64,000 nucleotides of DNA from Clostridiales bacterium. Its GTDB lineage: Bacteria; Bacillota; Clostridia; Christensenellales; Aristaeellaceae. Both the position numbers and the translations under genes were made by a program. The notes below the pieces were generated by a model. That model had not been told where the DNA came from and ran no database searches. It saw nothing but the letters and a program-made list of their open reading frames with translations. Position 1 is the first letter of the stretch. The number at the start of each line of letters is the position of its first letter. The stretch covers positions 5,299 to 69,298 of the forward strand of contig SFHK01000012.1 of the NCBI GenBank assembly GCA_004556395.1. The letters run 5' to 3'. This document shows positions 53,846 to 62,801 of this stretch, piece by piece.

Positions 53846-54583
53846 TCATATGTTTCGCGGGGAAAAGATCTTTGGTATCAGAAACGCTCGTTCACGTTCG
53901 TTCGCCATCATGGTGCGCGACGCCGCGACCAGCGGCGTCCACTGCGCAATTTCCCGGGGATCGCTGTCCAGCCGCGAGCGATAGGCGTTCGCCATTTCCG
54001 CACTCTCCTCCATCTCAAGCAGAAGAAGCGTCACCGCGTCGTCCGCCGCGGCCCGCCCACGGCAGGCGCGCGCCCAGTCCACCACGGCAAAGCCGTCGTC
54101 CGCGCATTCGATCACGTTGGAAAGCATCAGATCGCCATGGCAGGGAGACGCGCCGTCCGGCATGCGCGACGTGCGCGCGATCAGCTCCGCCTTCGCGTCC
54201 TCCGCCAGCGGCGCGCGCGCGATCAGGCGCGATACGCGGCTTTTCAGCGACTCGAGGCCGTTGAGCTTGGAGGCGTGAATCTGCGTGCGCACCTGCGCCA
54301 GCGTTCGAATCGCGCTGTCCCGCTCCTCCGGGTGCCTGCGCACGCGGTCGGAAAGCGTGCGGCCGTATATGAACCGGGAGGCAATCGCCCAGCCGTCCGG
54401 CACGCGCTCGGCCGCCAGCACCTCCGGCACCGGCAGACCCGCGTCCCGCGCCGCCGCCTGATTGGCCGCTTCGCGCAGAACGTCCGCCGCCGCGACGCGG
54501 CCGGTAAAGACCTTGATGCACGTATCCCCATCCTGGTAAACGGTCTTATTGTTTCGAACCGCGATGACCCTGTCGAGATTCAT
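53846..54583 (-). CDS. phosphotransferase-family protein (APH/choline-kinase/protein-kinase-like fold)
   Basis: 245 aa. Brenner-type catalytic loop CHGDLMLSNVI and VVDWARACRG (DxD/DFG-equivalent). Start ATG 54581-54583 after AGGTGA. Confidence 0.7.
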   Translation of the reverse strand: MNLDRVIAVRNNKTVYQDGDTCIKVFTGRVAAADVLREAANQAAARDAGLPVPEVLAAERVPDGWAIASRFIYGRTLSDRVRRHPEERDSAIRTLAQVRTQIHASKLNGLESLKSRVSRLIARAPLAEDAKAELIARTSRMPDGASPCHGDLMLSNVIECADDGFAVVDWARACRGRAAADDAVTLLLLEMEESAEMANAYRSRLDSDPREIAQWTPLVAASRTMMANERERAFLIPKIFSPRNI

Positions 54584-54605
54584 GCACACTCACCTTTCGG
54601 CGCGC

Positions 54606-54619
54606 AGTCGTATACGACT
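54606..54619. promoter_or_regulatory. perfect 14-bp palindrome at the predicted transcription start of the hydrogenase operon (candidate operator)
   Basis: AGTCGTA|TACGACT, 4-17 nt downstream of the -10 hexamer on the minus strand. Confidence 0.35.
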
Positions 54620-54622
54620 CTA

Positions 54623-54651
54623 ATTGTATCGCCATACGCCCGCCCGCGCAA
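54623..54651 (-). promoter_or_regulatory. sigma-70-type promoter of the kinase-Fd-Fd-hydS-PP2C-hydA operon
   Basis: Minus strand TTGCGC, 17 nt, TACAAT. Confidence 0.5.
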
Positions 54652-54670
54652 GTACATCTTTGATATATTG

Positions 54671-55612
54671 TCATTGCTCTTTGCGATATGCCCTGAACAC
54701 CTCGCGCCGCACGTCGCAAAGCTCGGTCAGGAAGCGCTTTTCCATGTCCGTCAGCTTGAGGTCACGCCGGTAGAACAGCTCGTCCCGATACACGGTGCGC
54801 GCGAAAGCCACCGTGCGCTGCTCAAGCCCATAGCGGGAAAGCGTGCGCGGCGTGAGCGGCGCCGTCCACACATAGCTCTGCGGCTGCACGGAAAGAATTT
54901 CCAGCCGCGCCGCGCGCGACGGCGTGAGCACCCGGCGGAAATCGCCGTCCGGATACTGCTCGCGCCGAACCTCCTCGGGCGCCATCGACGGCACGTCGAA
55001 ATCGCCGGGCGCGACCTCGATCAGCGTTTTGAGTTCGTCCTCCGTCACCGGGTCGGCCGACGCGAGCGGGCTGTCCTTTGAATAGGCCAGCACCGGCGTA
55101 AACTCGACGATGCGCTCGTGAAACAACCCGCCTGCCTCCATCTGCTGCCGGAAGCGCGGGAAATAGTTGCCCGTGCAACGCGCGATGCCGATTCGGCACT
55201 CGCCCTCGGCGACGGCGCGAATGGCCGCCGCCGCGCCCGTCTCGCGGTAGTCCAGCTCCGCGGGATCGGCCGTCAGCGCGTTCAGCGTGTTCAGAAACGC
55301 CTCCGCCACATAGCAGGACGGCGGAACGCAGGCCGAGAAGCGCTGCTTCACCTGCGTTTCCTCGCGGTAGAACGCTTCCATCTCATCGATTTCACCGAGG
55401 ATTCTGCGCGCGCGCTCCAGAAAGACCTCGCCCTCCGAGGTAGGCACCATGCCGCGCGCCGTGCGTTCAAACAGGGTAATGCCCAGCGTCCCCTCGAGAT
55501 CCCGGATGGCTCGGCTCAGGTTGGGCTGGTTCATATATAATGTCTCCGACGCCCGGCTGATGGAGCCGGCTCTGGCCACCTCCACAGCATAGCGCATATG
55601 CAGGATGTTCAC
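54671..55612 (-). CDS. LysR-family transcriptional regulator
   Basis: GTG 55610-55612 lies 7 nt after GGAGG and gives (M)NILHMRYAVEVARAGSISRASETLYMNQPNLSRAIRDLE, a canonical LysR HTH. The upstream ATGs of the track ORF lie at or before the predicted TSS. Confidence 0.85.
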   Translation of the reverse strand: MNILHMRYAVEVARAGSISRASETLYMNQPNLSRAIRDLEGTLGITLFERTARGMVPTSEGEVFLERARRILGEIDEMEAFYREETQVKQRFSACVPPSCYVAEAFLNTLNALTADPAELDYRETGAAAAIRAVAEGECRIGIARCTGNYFPRFRQQMEAGGLFHERIVEFTPVLAYSKDSPLASADPVTEDELKTLIEVAPGDFDVPSMAPEEVRREQYPDGDFRRVLTPSRAARLEILSVQPQSYVWTAPLTPRTLSRYGLEQRTVAFARTVYRDELFYRRDLKLTDMEKRFLTELCDVRREVFRAYRKEQ

Positions 55613-55652
55613 ACGCGTACCTCCGTTCACCGTCCGGTGATTCATGACTTCT

Positions 55653-55681
55653 ATTATACAGCCTTTCGCGCTTTTTCTCAA
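55653..55681 (-). promoter_or_regulatory. sigma-70-type promoter of the LysR gene
   Basis: Minus strand TTGAGA, 17 nt, TATAAT. Confidence 0.5.
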
Positions 55682-55818
55682 CCATTATAAGCGCTAAATT
55701 TCGCGCACGCTACCTTTCTTTCCTCGCTTCACGCGCGTTTTCCGGCGCGGAAACCCGCCGCGCGTCTCGTTCGGGGCGATATATCCCGTGCGACAATGCC
55801 GTTATCTCAAAAAAGTAT

Positions 55819-55847
55819 TTGCACACATGCCTGTAATGGTATATAAT
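55819..55847 (+). promoter_or_regulatory. sigma-70-type promoter of the dehydrogenase-fumC-hdr-flx operon
   Basis: TTGCAC, 17 nt, TATAAT, 45 nt upstream of the first ATG. Confidence 0.55.
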
Positions 55848-55891
55848 AATCGTGGGTATTCCCGAACATATAGAGAAAGAGGGATTTTTTC

Positions 55892-56866
55892 ATGGCCGTC
55901 AACAAAATCACCGTGATCGGTGCCGGCAGCGTGGGTTCCACGACCGCGTTTGCGCTTGCTCTCAAGAACATTGCCAACGAGATCGTCATCATCGACATCA
56001 ACGAAGACAAGGCGCTGGGCGAAGCCATGGATATTCATCAGGGCACGCCCCTGTTCAGCGAGCCGGTCAACGTTTACGCCGGCGACTACAAGTCCGCCGT
56101 GGGCAGCGACATCGTCGTCATCACCTCCGGCGTGGCCCGCAAGCCCGGCCAGACGCGCATCGACCTTGCGCAGACCAACGTAAACATCATCAAGCAGATT
56201 ACCCCCCAGATCGTCCGCTCCTGCCCGGACGCGACCTACGTCATCGTCGCCAACCCGGTGGACATTCTGACCTACGTTTTCAGCAAGGTTTCCGGCATTC
56301 CGCAGAACCGCATCATCGGCTCCGGCACGCTGCTGGACACCGCGCGTCTGCGCGCCCGCATCGCCGAGTATCTGTCCGTTTCCCAGAAGAACGTGCACGC
56401 CTACGTTTTCGGCGAGCACGGCGAGACCAGCTTCGTGCCGTGGTCGATCGCCGAGGTTTCCACGATCAGCCTTGCCGACTATAAGGAACTGATCAAGCTC
56501 GATCAGGGCATCATGGTCGACCTCGACTACGACGAGATCGACAACTATATGCGCTCCTCCGGCGGCAAGATCATCCGCCGCAAGGGCTGCACCAACTACG
56601 CCATCGCCGTGTCCGTGTGCGGCATCTGCGAATGCCTGCAGGGCGGCGTGAACGCGGTCGTCACCGTTTCCACGATGCTGAGCGGCGAATACGGCATTTC
56701 CGACGTGTGCCTGTCCCTGCCGATGCTGCTGGGCAACGGAAAGGTTCAGGGCCGCATCACGCCCCGCCTGACGGACGAGGAGCTCGAGAAGCTGCACCAC
56801 AGCGCCGACGCGCTGAAGGCCGTCATCGCGCAGATCGACCTCACGATGCCCGAGACGAAGGCATAA
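55892..56866 (+). CDS. L-2-hydroxyacid dehydrogenase of the LDH/MDH family (LDH-like scaffold with Arg at the substrate-selectivity position; predicted malate dehydrogenase)
   Basis: NKITVIGAGSVGSTTAFAL Rossmann start, SGVARKPGQTRIDL loop (Arg where LDHs carry Gln), IGSGTLLDTARLR, GEHGETSFVPWS. Confidence 0.75.
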   Translation: MAVNKITVIGAGSVGSTTAFALALKNIANEIVIIDINEDKALGEAMDIHQGTPLFSEPVNVYAGDYKSAVGSDIVVITSGVARKPGQTRIDLAQTNVNIIKQITPQIVRSCPDATYVIVANPVDILTYVFSKVSGIPQNRIIGSGTLLDTARLRARIAEYLSVSQKNVHAYVFGEHGETSFVPWSIAEVSTISLADYKELIKLDQGIMVDLDYDEIDNYMRSSGGKIIRRKGCTNYAIAVSVCGICECLQGGVNAVVTVSTMLSGEYGISDVCLSLPMLLGNGKVQGRITPRLTDEELEKLHHSADALKAVIAQIDLTMPETKA

Positions 56867-56879
56867 GGGAGGCCAAAGC

Positions 56880-58244
56880 ATGAATTATCGCATTGAGCGG
56901 GATTCCATGGGCGAGATGCAGGTGCCCGCGGATCGCTACTGGGGCGCGCAGACGCAGCGCAGCTTCCAGAACTTCAAAATCGGCGGCGAGATCATGCCGC
57001 GCGAAATCACCCACGCCTTCGGCATTCTGAAGAAGGCCGCGGCAATTGCCAACCATGAATTCGGCAAGCTGGACGACCGCCGTCTGGACGTGATCAGCCG
57101 CGCCTGCGACGAGGTGATTTCCGGTTCCCTGAACGACCACTTCCCGCTGGTCGTATGGCAGACCGGCAGCGGCACGCAGTCCAACATGAACGCCAACGAG
57201 GTCATTGCCAACCGCGGCAACGAAATCGCGGGCGAAAAGCTTCTGCATCCCAACGATCACGTGAACATGTCCCAGAGCTCGAACGACACCTTCCCCACCG
57301 CCATGCACATCGCCGCGGTTACGATCATCCGCGAAAAACTGCTGCCGGCGATGGATGGCCTGATTGAAACGTTCAAGCGGCTGGAGGCCGAGAACGAGGG
57401 CATCGTGAAGACGGGCCGCACGCATCTGCAGGATGCGACGCCCATCCGCTTCTCTCAGGAAATCTCCGGCTGGCGCAACATGATCGAAAAGACGCGCGCG
57501 ATGATCGAAGCCGCGCTTCCGGGCATCAGCGAGCTGGCGCTGGGCGGCACCGCCGTCGGCACCGGCCTCAACTGCCCCAGGGAGTTCGGCCCCGTGGTCG
57601 CCCGCGTTGTAAGCGAGCTGACCGGCTATCCCTTCACCAGCGCCGCCAACAAGTTCCACGCGCTGACCAGCAAGGACGATCTGGTGTTCATGCACGGCGC
57701 GCTGAAGGCGCTGGCCGCGAACCTGATGAAGATTGCCAACGACGTGCGCTGGCTGGCAAGCGGCCCGCGCGACGGTCTGGGCGAAATCTTCATTCCGGAA
57801 AACGAGCCCGGCTCCTCCATCATGCCCGGCAAGGTAAATCCCACCCAGTGCGAAAGCCTGACGATGGTCGCCGTTCAGGTCATGGCCAACGACGTGGCCG
57901 TGGGCATGGCGGCCAGCCAGGGCAACTTCGAGCTGAACGTGTTCATGCCGGTTCTGATTTACAACTTCCTGCAGTCCGCGCGCCTGCTGGCCGACGGCAT
58001 CAATTCCTTCAATAAGAATTGCGTCTCCGGCATTCGCGCCAACCGCGAAAAGATGCACCACAACCTGTATAACTCCCTGATGCTGGTCACGGCGCTCAAT
58101 CCGTACATCGGCTACGACAACGCCGCCAAGACCGCCAAGAAGGCCTACAAGGAGAACATCTCCCTGAAGGAAGCGTGCGTGCAGCTCGGCTTCCTGACCG
58201 CGGAGCGGTTTGACGAGGTCTTTAACCCCGAGAACATGGCATAA
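56880..58244 (+). CDS. fumC: class II fumarate hydratase
   Basis: 454 aa. GSSIMPGKVNPTQCE signature of the fumarase/aspartase family and the FumC-type N-terminus MNYRIERDSMGEMQVPADRYWGAQTQRS. Confidence 0.92.
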   Translation: MNYRIERDSMGEMQVPADRYWGAQTQRSFQNFKIGGEIMPREITHAFGILKKAAAIANHEFGKLDDRRLDVISRACDEVISGSLNDHFPLVVWQTGSGTQSNMNANEVIANRGNEIAGEKLLHPNDHVNMSQSSNDTFPTAMHIAAVTIIREKLLPAMDGLIETFKRLEAENEGIVKTGRTHLQDATPIRFSQEISGWRNMIEKTRAMIEAALPGISELALGGTAVGTGLNCPREFGPVVARVVSELTGYPFTSAANKFHALTSKDDLVFMHGALKALAANLMKIANDVRWLASGPRDGLGEIFIPENEPGSSIMPGKVNPTQCESLTMVAVQVMANDVAVGMAASQGNFELNVFMPVLIYNFLQSARLLADGINSFNKNCVSGIRANREKMHHNLYNSLMLVTALNPYIGYDNAAKTAKKAYKENISLKEACVQLGFLTAERFDEVFNPENMA

Positions 58245-58256
58245 GGAGACGGCTCT

Positions 58257-59051
58257 ATGAAATTCAGTTACTTTCCCGGCTGTACGCTGAAAACCAAGGC
58301 GCGCGACCTCGATAAATGGGGACGCGAAAGCGCTTTGAAGCTGGGCGTAGAGCTGCGCGAAATCGAGGAGTGGCAGTGCTGCGGCGCGGTGTACCCGCAG
58401 GTGGAGGATGAAATCGCCTCCCGCCTGTCCTCCGTGCGCGCGCTGATGGACGCGCGAGCGCATGGAGAGGATCTGCTGACGCTCTGCTCCGCCTGTCACC
58501 ATGTGATCAAGCGCATGAACCACGACATGAAGGAAAACGAGTACGTGCGCACCCGCGTGAACAACTATCTGAAGCCCGACGTTCCCTACGCGGGCGAGAC
58601 GAAGGTGGTTCACTACCTCGAGATGCTGCGCGACACCGTGGGCTTCGACGAGATCAAAAAGCAGGTTGTGAACCCGCTGAAGGGCCGCAAAATCGGCGCG
58701 TACTACGGCTGCCTGCTGCTTCGCCCCTCCGCCGTGATGGCGTTTGACAATCCCGAGCATCCCACGATCATCGAGGATTTCCTTTCCGCCATCGGCGCGA
58801 CGAGCGTGAAATACGAGTTCCGCAACGAGTGCTGCGGCGGCTACATCGCGCTGGAGGATCGCGCGCAGGCCGCGAAGCAGGTAGAGCGCGTCCTGTCCAG
58901 CGCCGCCGGCCGCGGCTGCGAGGCGCTGGTCACCGCCTGCCCGCTGTGCATGTACAACCTGAAGCAGAACGCGGGCGAGCACGCGCTTCCGGTTTACTAT
59001 TTCACCGAGCTGCTGGCTGAGGCGCTGGGTGTAAAGGAGGAACAGGCATGA
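58257..59051 (+). CDS. hdrB: heterodisulfide reductase subunit B-like protein (two CCG domains)
   Basis: YFPGCTL...WQCCG...LCSACHH and YYGCLL...NECCGG...ACPLCMYN. These are two CCG (Cys-rich) repeats. Confidence 0.85.
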   Translation: MKFSYFPGCTLKTKARDLDKWGRESALKLGVELREIEEWQCCGAVYPQVEDEIASRLSSVRALMDARAHGEDLLTLCSACHHVIKRMNHDMKENEYVRTRVNNYLKPDVPYAGETKVVHYLEMLRDTVGFDEIKKQVVNPLKGRKIGAYYGCLLLRPSAVMAFDNPEHPTIIEDFLSAIGATSVKYEFRNECCGGYIALEDRAQAAKQVERVLSSAAGRGCEALVTACPLCMYNLKQNAGEHALPVYYFTELLAEALGVKEEQA

Positions 59052-59440
59052 ACGCAAACGAACAGATGCTTCAGGAGACCGTGACGCGCATCAGCGGCGT
59101 AAACGTGCGCAAGTGCATGCGCTGCGGAAAATGCAGCGGCACCTGTCCCGCCTACGGCGAGATGGAATATCATCCGCATCAGTTTGTCTATATGGTGGAA
59201 AAGGGACAGATTGAGAAGCTGATGGCCTCCAAATCGCTCTACAAGTGCCTGACCTGCCTGGCGTGCGTGGATCGCTGCCCGCGCGGCGTGGAGCCGGCGA
59301 AGCTGGTCGAAGCCGTGCGCCTGATGGTCATCCGCCAGCAGGGCATGAATCACCTGAAGCCCGACGACCTTCCGGGCAAACTCGACGACGAAATCCCGCA
59401 GCAGGCGCTTATGGCCGCCATGCGCAAGTACAGCAAATAA
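59048..59440 (+). CDS. hdrC: heterodisulfide reductase subunit C-like protein (2x[4Fe-4S])
   Basis: CMRCGKCSGTCP and CLTCLACVDRCP motifs, with 4-nt overlap with hdrB. Confidence 0.85.
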   Translation: MNANEQMLQETVTRISGVNVRKCMRCGKCSGTCPAYGEMEYHPHQFVYMVEKGQIEKLMASKSLYKCLTCLACVDRCPRGVEPAKLVEAVRLMVIRQQGMNHLKPDDLPGKLDDEIPQQALMAAMRKYSK

Positions 59441-59455
59441 AGGAGACGAATCAAT

Positions 59456-61441
59456 ATGCAGAGAATCGGCGTATTTGTTTGCTGGTGCGGCAGCAACATC
59501 GCGGCAACCGTCGACGTACAGGCGGTCGCCGAGGCGATGAAGCGCGAGCCGGGCGTGGTTTACGCCGCGAATTACCAGTATATGTGCTCCGAAGGCGGAC
59601 AGAAGCTGATCTCCGACGCCATTCATGAATACAACCTGACGGGCGTGGTCATCTGCTCCTGCTCTCCCCGCATGCACGAAGCCACCTTCCGCAAGACCGC
59701 GCAGCGCGCCGGTCTGAACCCCTATATGGTGGAAATCGCCAACATCCGCGAGCATTGCTCCTGGATTCATAAGGACAAGGCCGAAGCGACGGAGAAGGCC
59801 ATCATTCTGGCCCGCACCGCCGTCGCCAAGGTGCAGCTGAACGCGCCCCTCACCCCCGGCGAGAGCCCCGTGACCAAGCGCGCGCTCGTCATCGGCGGCG
59901 GTATCGCCGGCATTCAGACGGCGCTGGACATTGCCGACGCCGGCTTTGAAGTGGATATCGTCGAAAAGACGCCCACCATCGGCGGCCGCATGGCGCAGCT
60001 GGACAAGACCTTCCCCACCCTCGACTGCGCGGCCTGTATCCTCACCCCCAAGATGGTGGACGCGGCGCAGAATGAGAAGATCGACCTGCTCACCTATTCC
60101 GAGGTTGAGTCGGTCAGCGGCTTCGTTGGCAACTTCACGGTGAAGATTCGCAAAAAGGCGCGCTATGTCGACTCGACCAAGTGCACCGGCTGCGGCGCCT
60201 GCACCGAAAAGTGCCCCTCCCGCAAGGGTCTGAACGAATTCAACATGGGTCTCAACACCCGTGGCGCGATTTATATCCCCTTCGCGCAGGCCATCCCGAA
60301 CGTAGCCACGATCGATCCCACCCAGTGCCTGAAGCTGAAGAGCGGCAAGTGCGGCCTGTGCGAGAAGATCTGCTCCGCGAAGGCGATCGACTACACGCAG
60401 AAGGACGAGATCATCGAGCGTCAGTACGGCGCGATCGTCGCCGCCACCGGCTTTAAGCCCATCGACGCTTCCAAGTACGACGAGTACGGCTACTCGGACA
60501 ATCCCGACGTCGTCACGTCGCTGGAATTCGAGCGCCTGATGAACGCGGCCGGCCCCAACAAGGGCGTTCTGCTGCGTCCCTCCGACAAGCAGCATCCGCA
60601 CGACATCGTGTTCATCCAGTGCGTCGGCTCCCGCTGCGACGACCATCGCGGCAAGAGCTACTGCTCCAAGATCTGCTGCATGTACACCGCCAAGCACGCG
60701 ATGCTGGTGCGCGAGAAGTATCCCGACACCAACGTGCACGTGTTCTACATCGACGTGCGTACGCCGGGCAAGAACTTCGACGAGTTCTACCGCCGCGCCG
60801 TCGAGCAGTATGGCGTCGAGTACATCAAGGGCATGGTCGGCAAGGTCTGGAAGAACGGCGACAAGCTGATGGTGCAGGGCAGCGACCTTCTGAACGGCGA
60901 GCAGCTTCTGCTTGAAACCGACATGGTCGTGCTCGCCACCGCGATCGAGCCGGATCCCTCCGCCCGTTCCGTGGCCACGATGCTCACCGCCAGCATGGAC
61001 ACCAACGACTTCTTCACCGAAGCGCACGCGAAGCTGCGCCCCGTGGAAAGCCCGACCGCCGGCGTGTTCCTCTCCGGCACCTGCCAGGGCCCGAAGGACG
61101 TTCCGGAAACCGTCGCGCAGGCCAGCGCGGCCGCCTCGAAGGTCATCGGCCTTCTGAGCAAGGACAAGATGATCACCAACCCGTGTGTCGCCCAGTCCAA
61201 CGAGCTTCTGTGCAACGGCTGCTCGACGTGCGAGCGCGTGTGCCCCTATGGCGCCATCACCTACGTGGACAAGGAAGTCCGCGGCCCCGAGGTTCGCGGC
61301 GTGAAGCGCGTGGCGCAGGTCAACCCGGCCGTATGCCAGGGCTGCGGCGCGTGCACGGTCTCCTGTCCGTCCGGCGCGATGGATCTGAAGGGCTTCACCA
61401 ATCGAGAAATCATGGCGGAGGTTGACGCGATATGCAAGTAA
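59456..61441 (+). CDS. hdrA: heterodisulfide reductase subunit A-like FAD/Fe-S flavoprotein
   Basis: 661 aa. N-terminal Cys cluster domain, GGGIAGIQTALDIADAG FAD dinucleotide fold, inserted and C-terminal ferredoxin domains (CTGCGACTEKCP, CGLCEKIC, CNGCSTCERVCP, CQGCGACTVSCP). Confidence 0.9.
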   Translation: MQRIGVFVCWCGSNIAATVDVQAVAEAMKREPGVVYAANYQYMCSEGGQKLISDAIHEYNLTGVVICSCSPRMHEATFRKTAQRAGLNPYMVEIANIREHCSWIHKDKAEATEKAIILARTAVAKVQLNAPLTPGESPVTKRALVIGGGIAGIQTALDIADAGFEVDIVEKTPTIGGRMAQLDKTFPTLDCAACILTPKMVDAAQNEKIDLLTYSEVESVSGFVGNFTVKIRKKARYVDSTKCTGCGACTEKCPSRKGLNEFNMGLNTRGAIYIPFAQAIPNVATIDPTQCLKLKSGKCGLCEKICSAKAIDYTQKDEIIERQYGAIVAATGFKPIDASKYDEYGYSDNPDVVTSLEFERLMNAAGPNKGVLLRPSDKQHPHDIVFIQCVGSRCDDHRGKSYCSKICCMYTAKHAMLVREKYPDTNVHVFYIDVRTPGKNFDEFYRRAVEQYGVEYIKGMVGKVWKNGDKLMVQGSDLLNGEQLLLETDMVVLATAIEPDPSARSVATMLTASMDTNDFFTEAHAKLRPVESPTAGVFLSGTCQGPKDVPETVAQASAAASKVIGLLSKDKMITNPCVAQSNELLCNGCSTCERVCPYGAITYVDKEVRGPEVRGVKRVAQVNPAVCQGCGACTVSCPSGAMDLKGFTNREIMAEVDAICK

Positions 61442-61881
61442 CGGAAAACAAGGCGTTCAAGCCCCTGATCGTCGCCTTCTGCTGCAACTGGTGCAGCTAC
61501 GCGGGCGCGGATCTGGCGGGCACCAGCCGTCTGACCTATCCGGCGGATGTGAAGATCATCCGCGTGCCCTGCTCCTGCCGCGTGAATCCGCTGTTCATCC
61601 TGCGCGCGTTCCAGCGCGGCGCGGACGGCGTGATCATCTGCGGCTGCCATCCGGGCGACTGCCACTACACCACCGGCAACTACTATGCCCGCCGCCGCAT
61701 GACGACGCTGTTCAGCATGCTGGACTATCTGGGCATTGAGCGCGCGCGCACCCGCGTGGAGTGGGTTTCCGCCGCCGAGGGCGTGAAGTTCGCTTCCGTC
61801 ATGAACGACTTCGTCAAGACCGTAACCGAGCTTGGCGAGAATGTGAAGTTGGGGGATCTGAGATGCAAGGAATCGCTGTAA
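61432..61881 (+). CDS. mvhD: MvhD/FlxD-like hydrogenase iron-sulfur (delta) subunit
   Basis: 149 aa. IVAFCCNWCSYAGADLAG...IRVPCSCRVNP...ICGCHPGDCHY, the canonical MvhD pattern. 10-nt overlap with hdrA. Confidence 0.9.
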   Translation: MQVTENKAFKPLIVAFCCNWCSYAGADLAGTSRLTYPADVKIIRVPCSCRVNPLFILRAFQRGADGVIICGCHPGDCHYTTGNYYARRRMTTLFSMLDYLGIERARTRVEWVSAAEGVKFASVMNDFVKTVTELGENVKLGDLRCKESL

Positions 61882-62801
61882 GAATGTTGAATGTTGCGCG
61901 CGAAAAGCTCGCCTCCGGCGAAGTGAAGCGCGTGCTCGGCTGGGAAAAAGGCGAATTCTGGTATGATCTCACGCCCGCCTTTTTCGAAACGGAAGAGAGC
62001 CTGAACGGCTTCGTATACAACGGCTTCTCCGGCGCGAACCTGAGCAAATACCTGATCAAGGCGCGCGACTGGGAAGGCAAGACGCTCGTGTTCCTGAAGC
62101 CCTGCGACACGCTGAGCTTCAACCAGCTTCTGACCGAGCACCGCATCGACCGCGAAAAAGTCTACGTCGTGGGCGCGGGCTGCAAGGGCATGCTGGACTA
62201 TAATAAGATGAAGAAACTCGGCATCCGCAAGGAAGCCGACGTAACCGACCGTCAGGCCGTGCTGCTTGGCAAGTGCCTCGCCTGCAAGGGCAAGACCTTC
62301 TACGCCTTCGATGAGGTGATCGACGATGAAGAAGCTCAGAAGCCCATCGAGGTCGAGGATCGCTTTAACGAGGTAAAAAAGATCGAAGCTCTCTCCCCCG
62401 AGGAGCGCTTCGCCTTCTGGCGCTCGCAGCTGTCCAAGTGCATCCGCTGCAACGCCTGCCGCAACGTATGCCCGGCGTGCTCCTGCGTGAAGTGCGTGTT
62501 TGACAACCCGAACTCCGGCGTCGCCTCCAAGGCCAACCCGGACGACTTCGAGGAGAACCTGTTCCACATCATCCGCGCGTTCCACGTGGCCGGTCGCTGC
62601 ACCGACTGCGGCGAATGCAGCCGCGTGTGCCCGCAGGGCATCCCGCTGCACCTTCTGAACCGCAAGTTCATCAAGGACATCGACGAGCTCTACGGCGACT
62701 ATCAGGCCGGTCTCGAACCCGGCTCCCGCGCGCCGCTTGTCAACTTTGACAAGAACGATCCCGACCCGAAAATCGTAATGGAAAGGGGCGAAAACGCGTG
62801 A
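61863..62801 (+). CDS. Fe-S protein, FlxC-like (sulfhydrogenase beta / AsrA-related 4Fe-4S protein)
   Basis: ATG 61863 overlaps the mvhD-like gene by 19 nt. CIRCNACRNVCPACSC and CTDCGECSRVCPQG cluster motifs. Confidence 0.7.
   Translation: MQGIAVRMLNVAREKLASGEVKRVLGWEKGEFWYDLTPAFFETEESLNGFVYNGFSGANLSKYLIKARDWEGKTLVFLKPCDTLSFNQLLTEHRIDREKVYVVGAGCKGMLDYNKMKKLGIRKEADVTDRQAVLLGKCLACKGKTFYAFDEVIDDEEAQKPIEVEDRFNEVKKIEALSPEERFAFWRSQLSKCIRCNACRNVCPACSCVKCVFDNPNSGVASKANPDDFEENLFHIIRAFHVAGRCTDCGECSRVCPQGIPLHLLNRKFIKDIDELYGDYQAGLEPGSRAPLVNFDKNDPDPKIVMERGENA

Noticed and set aside
55613-55681. Upstream ATG starts for the LysR gene (MRKSAKG.. / MNHRTV..)
   Set aside because: - The TTGAGA-17-TATAAT promoter lies at 55653-55681, so these codons are at or upstream of the predicted TSS.
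- GTG 55612 has a GGAGG RBS and gives the canonical LysR N-terminus.
56841-61027. 738-aa and 676-aa minus-strand ORFs
   Set aside because: - They are antisense to fumC and hdrBCA.
- They have no motifs and no RBS.
- They are stop-codon-poor only because of GC content.
59456-61881. Selenocysteine (in-frame TGA) recoding in hdrA/mvhD-like genes
   Set aside because: - Both reading frames are uninterrupted and full length.
- All expected Cys positions are encoded by TGC/TGT.
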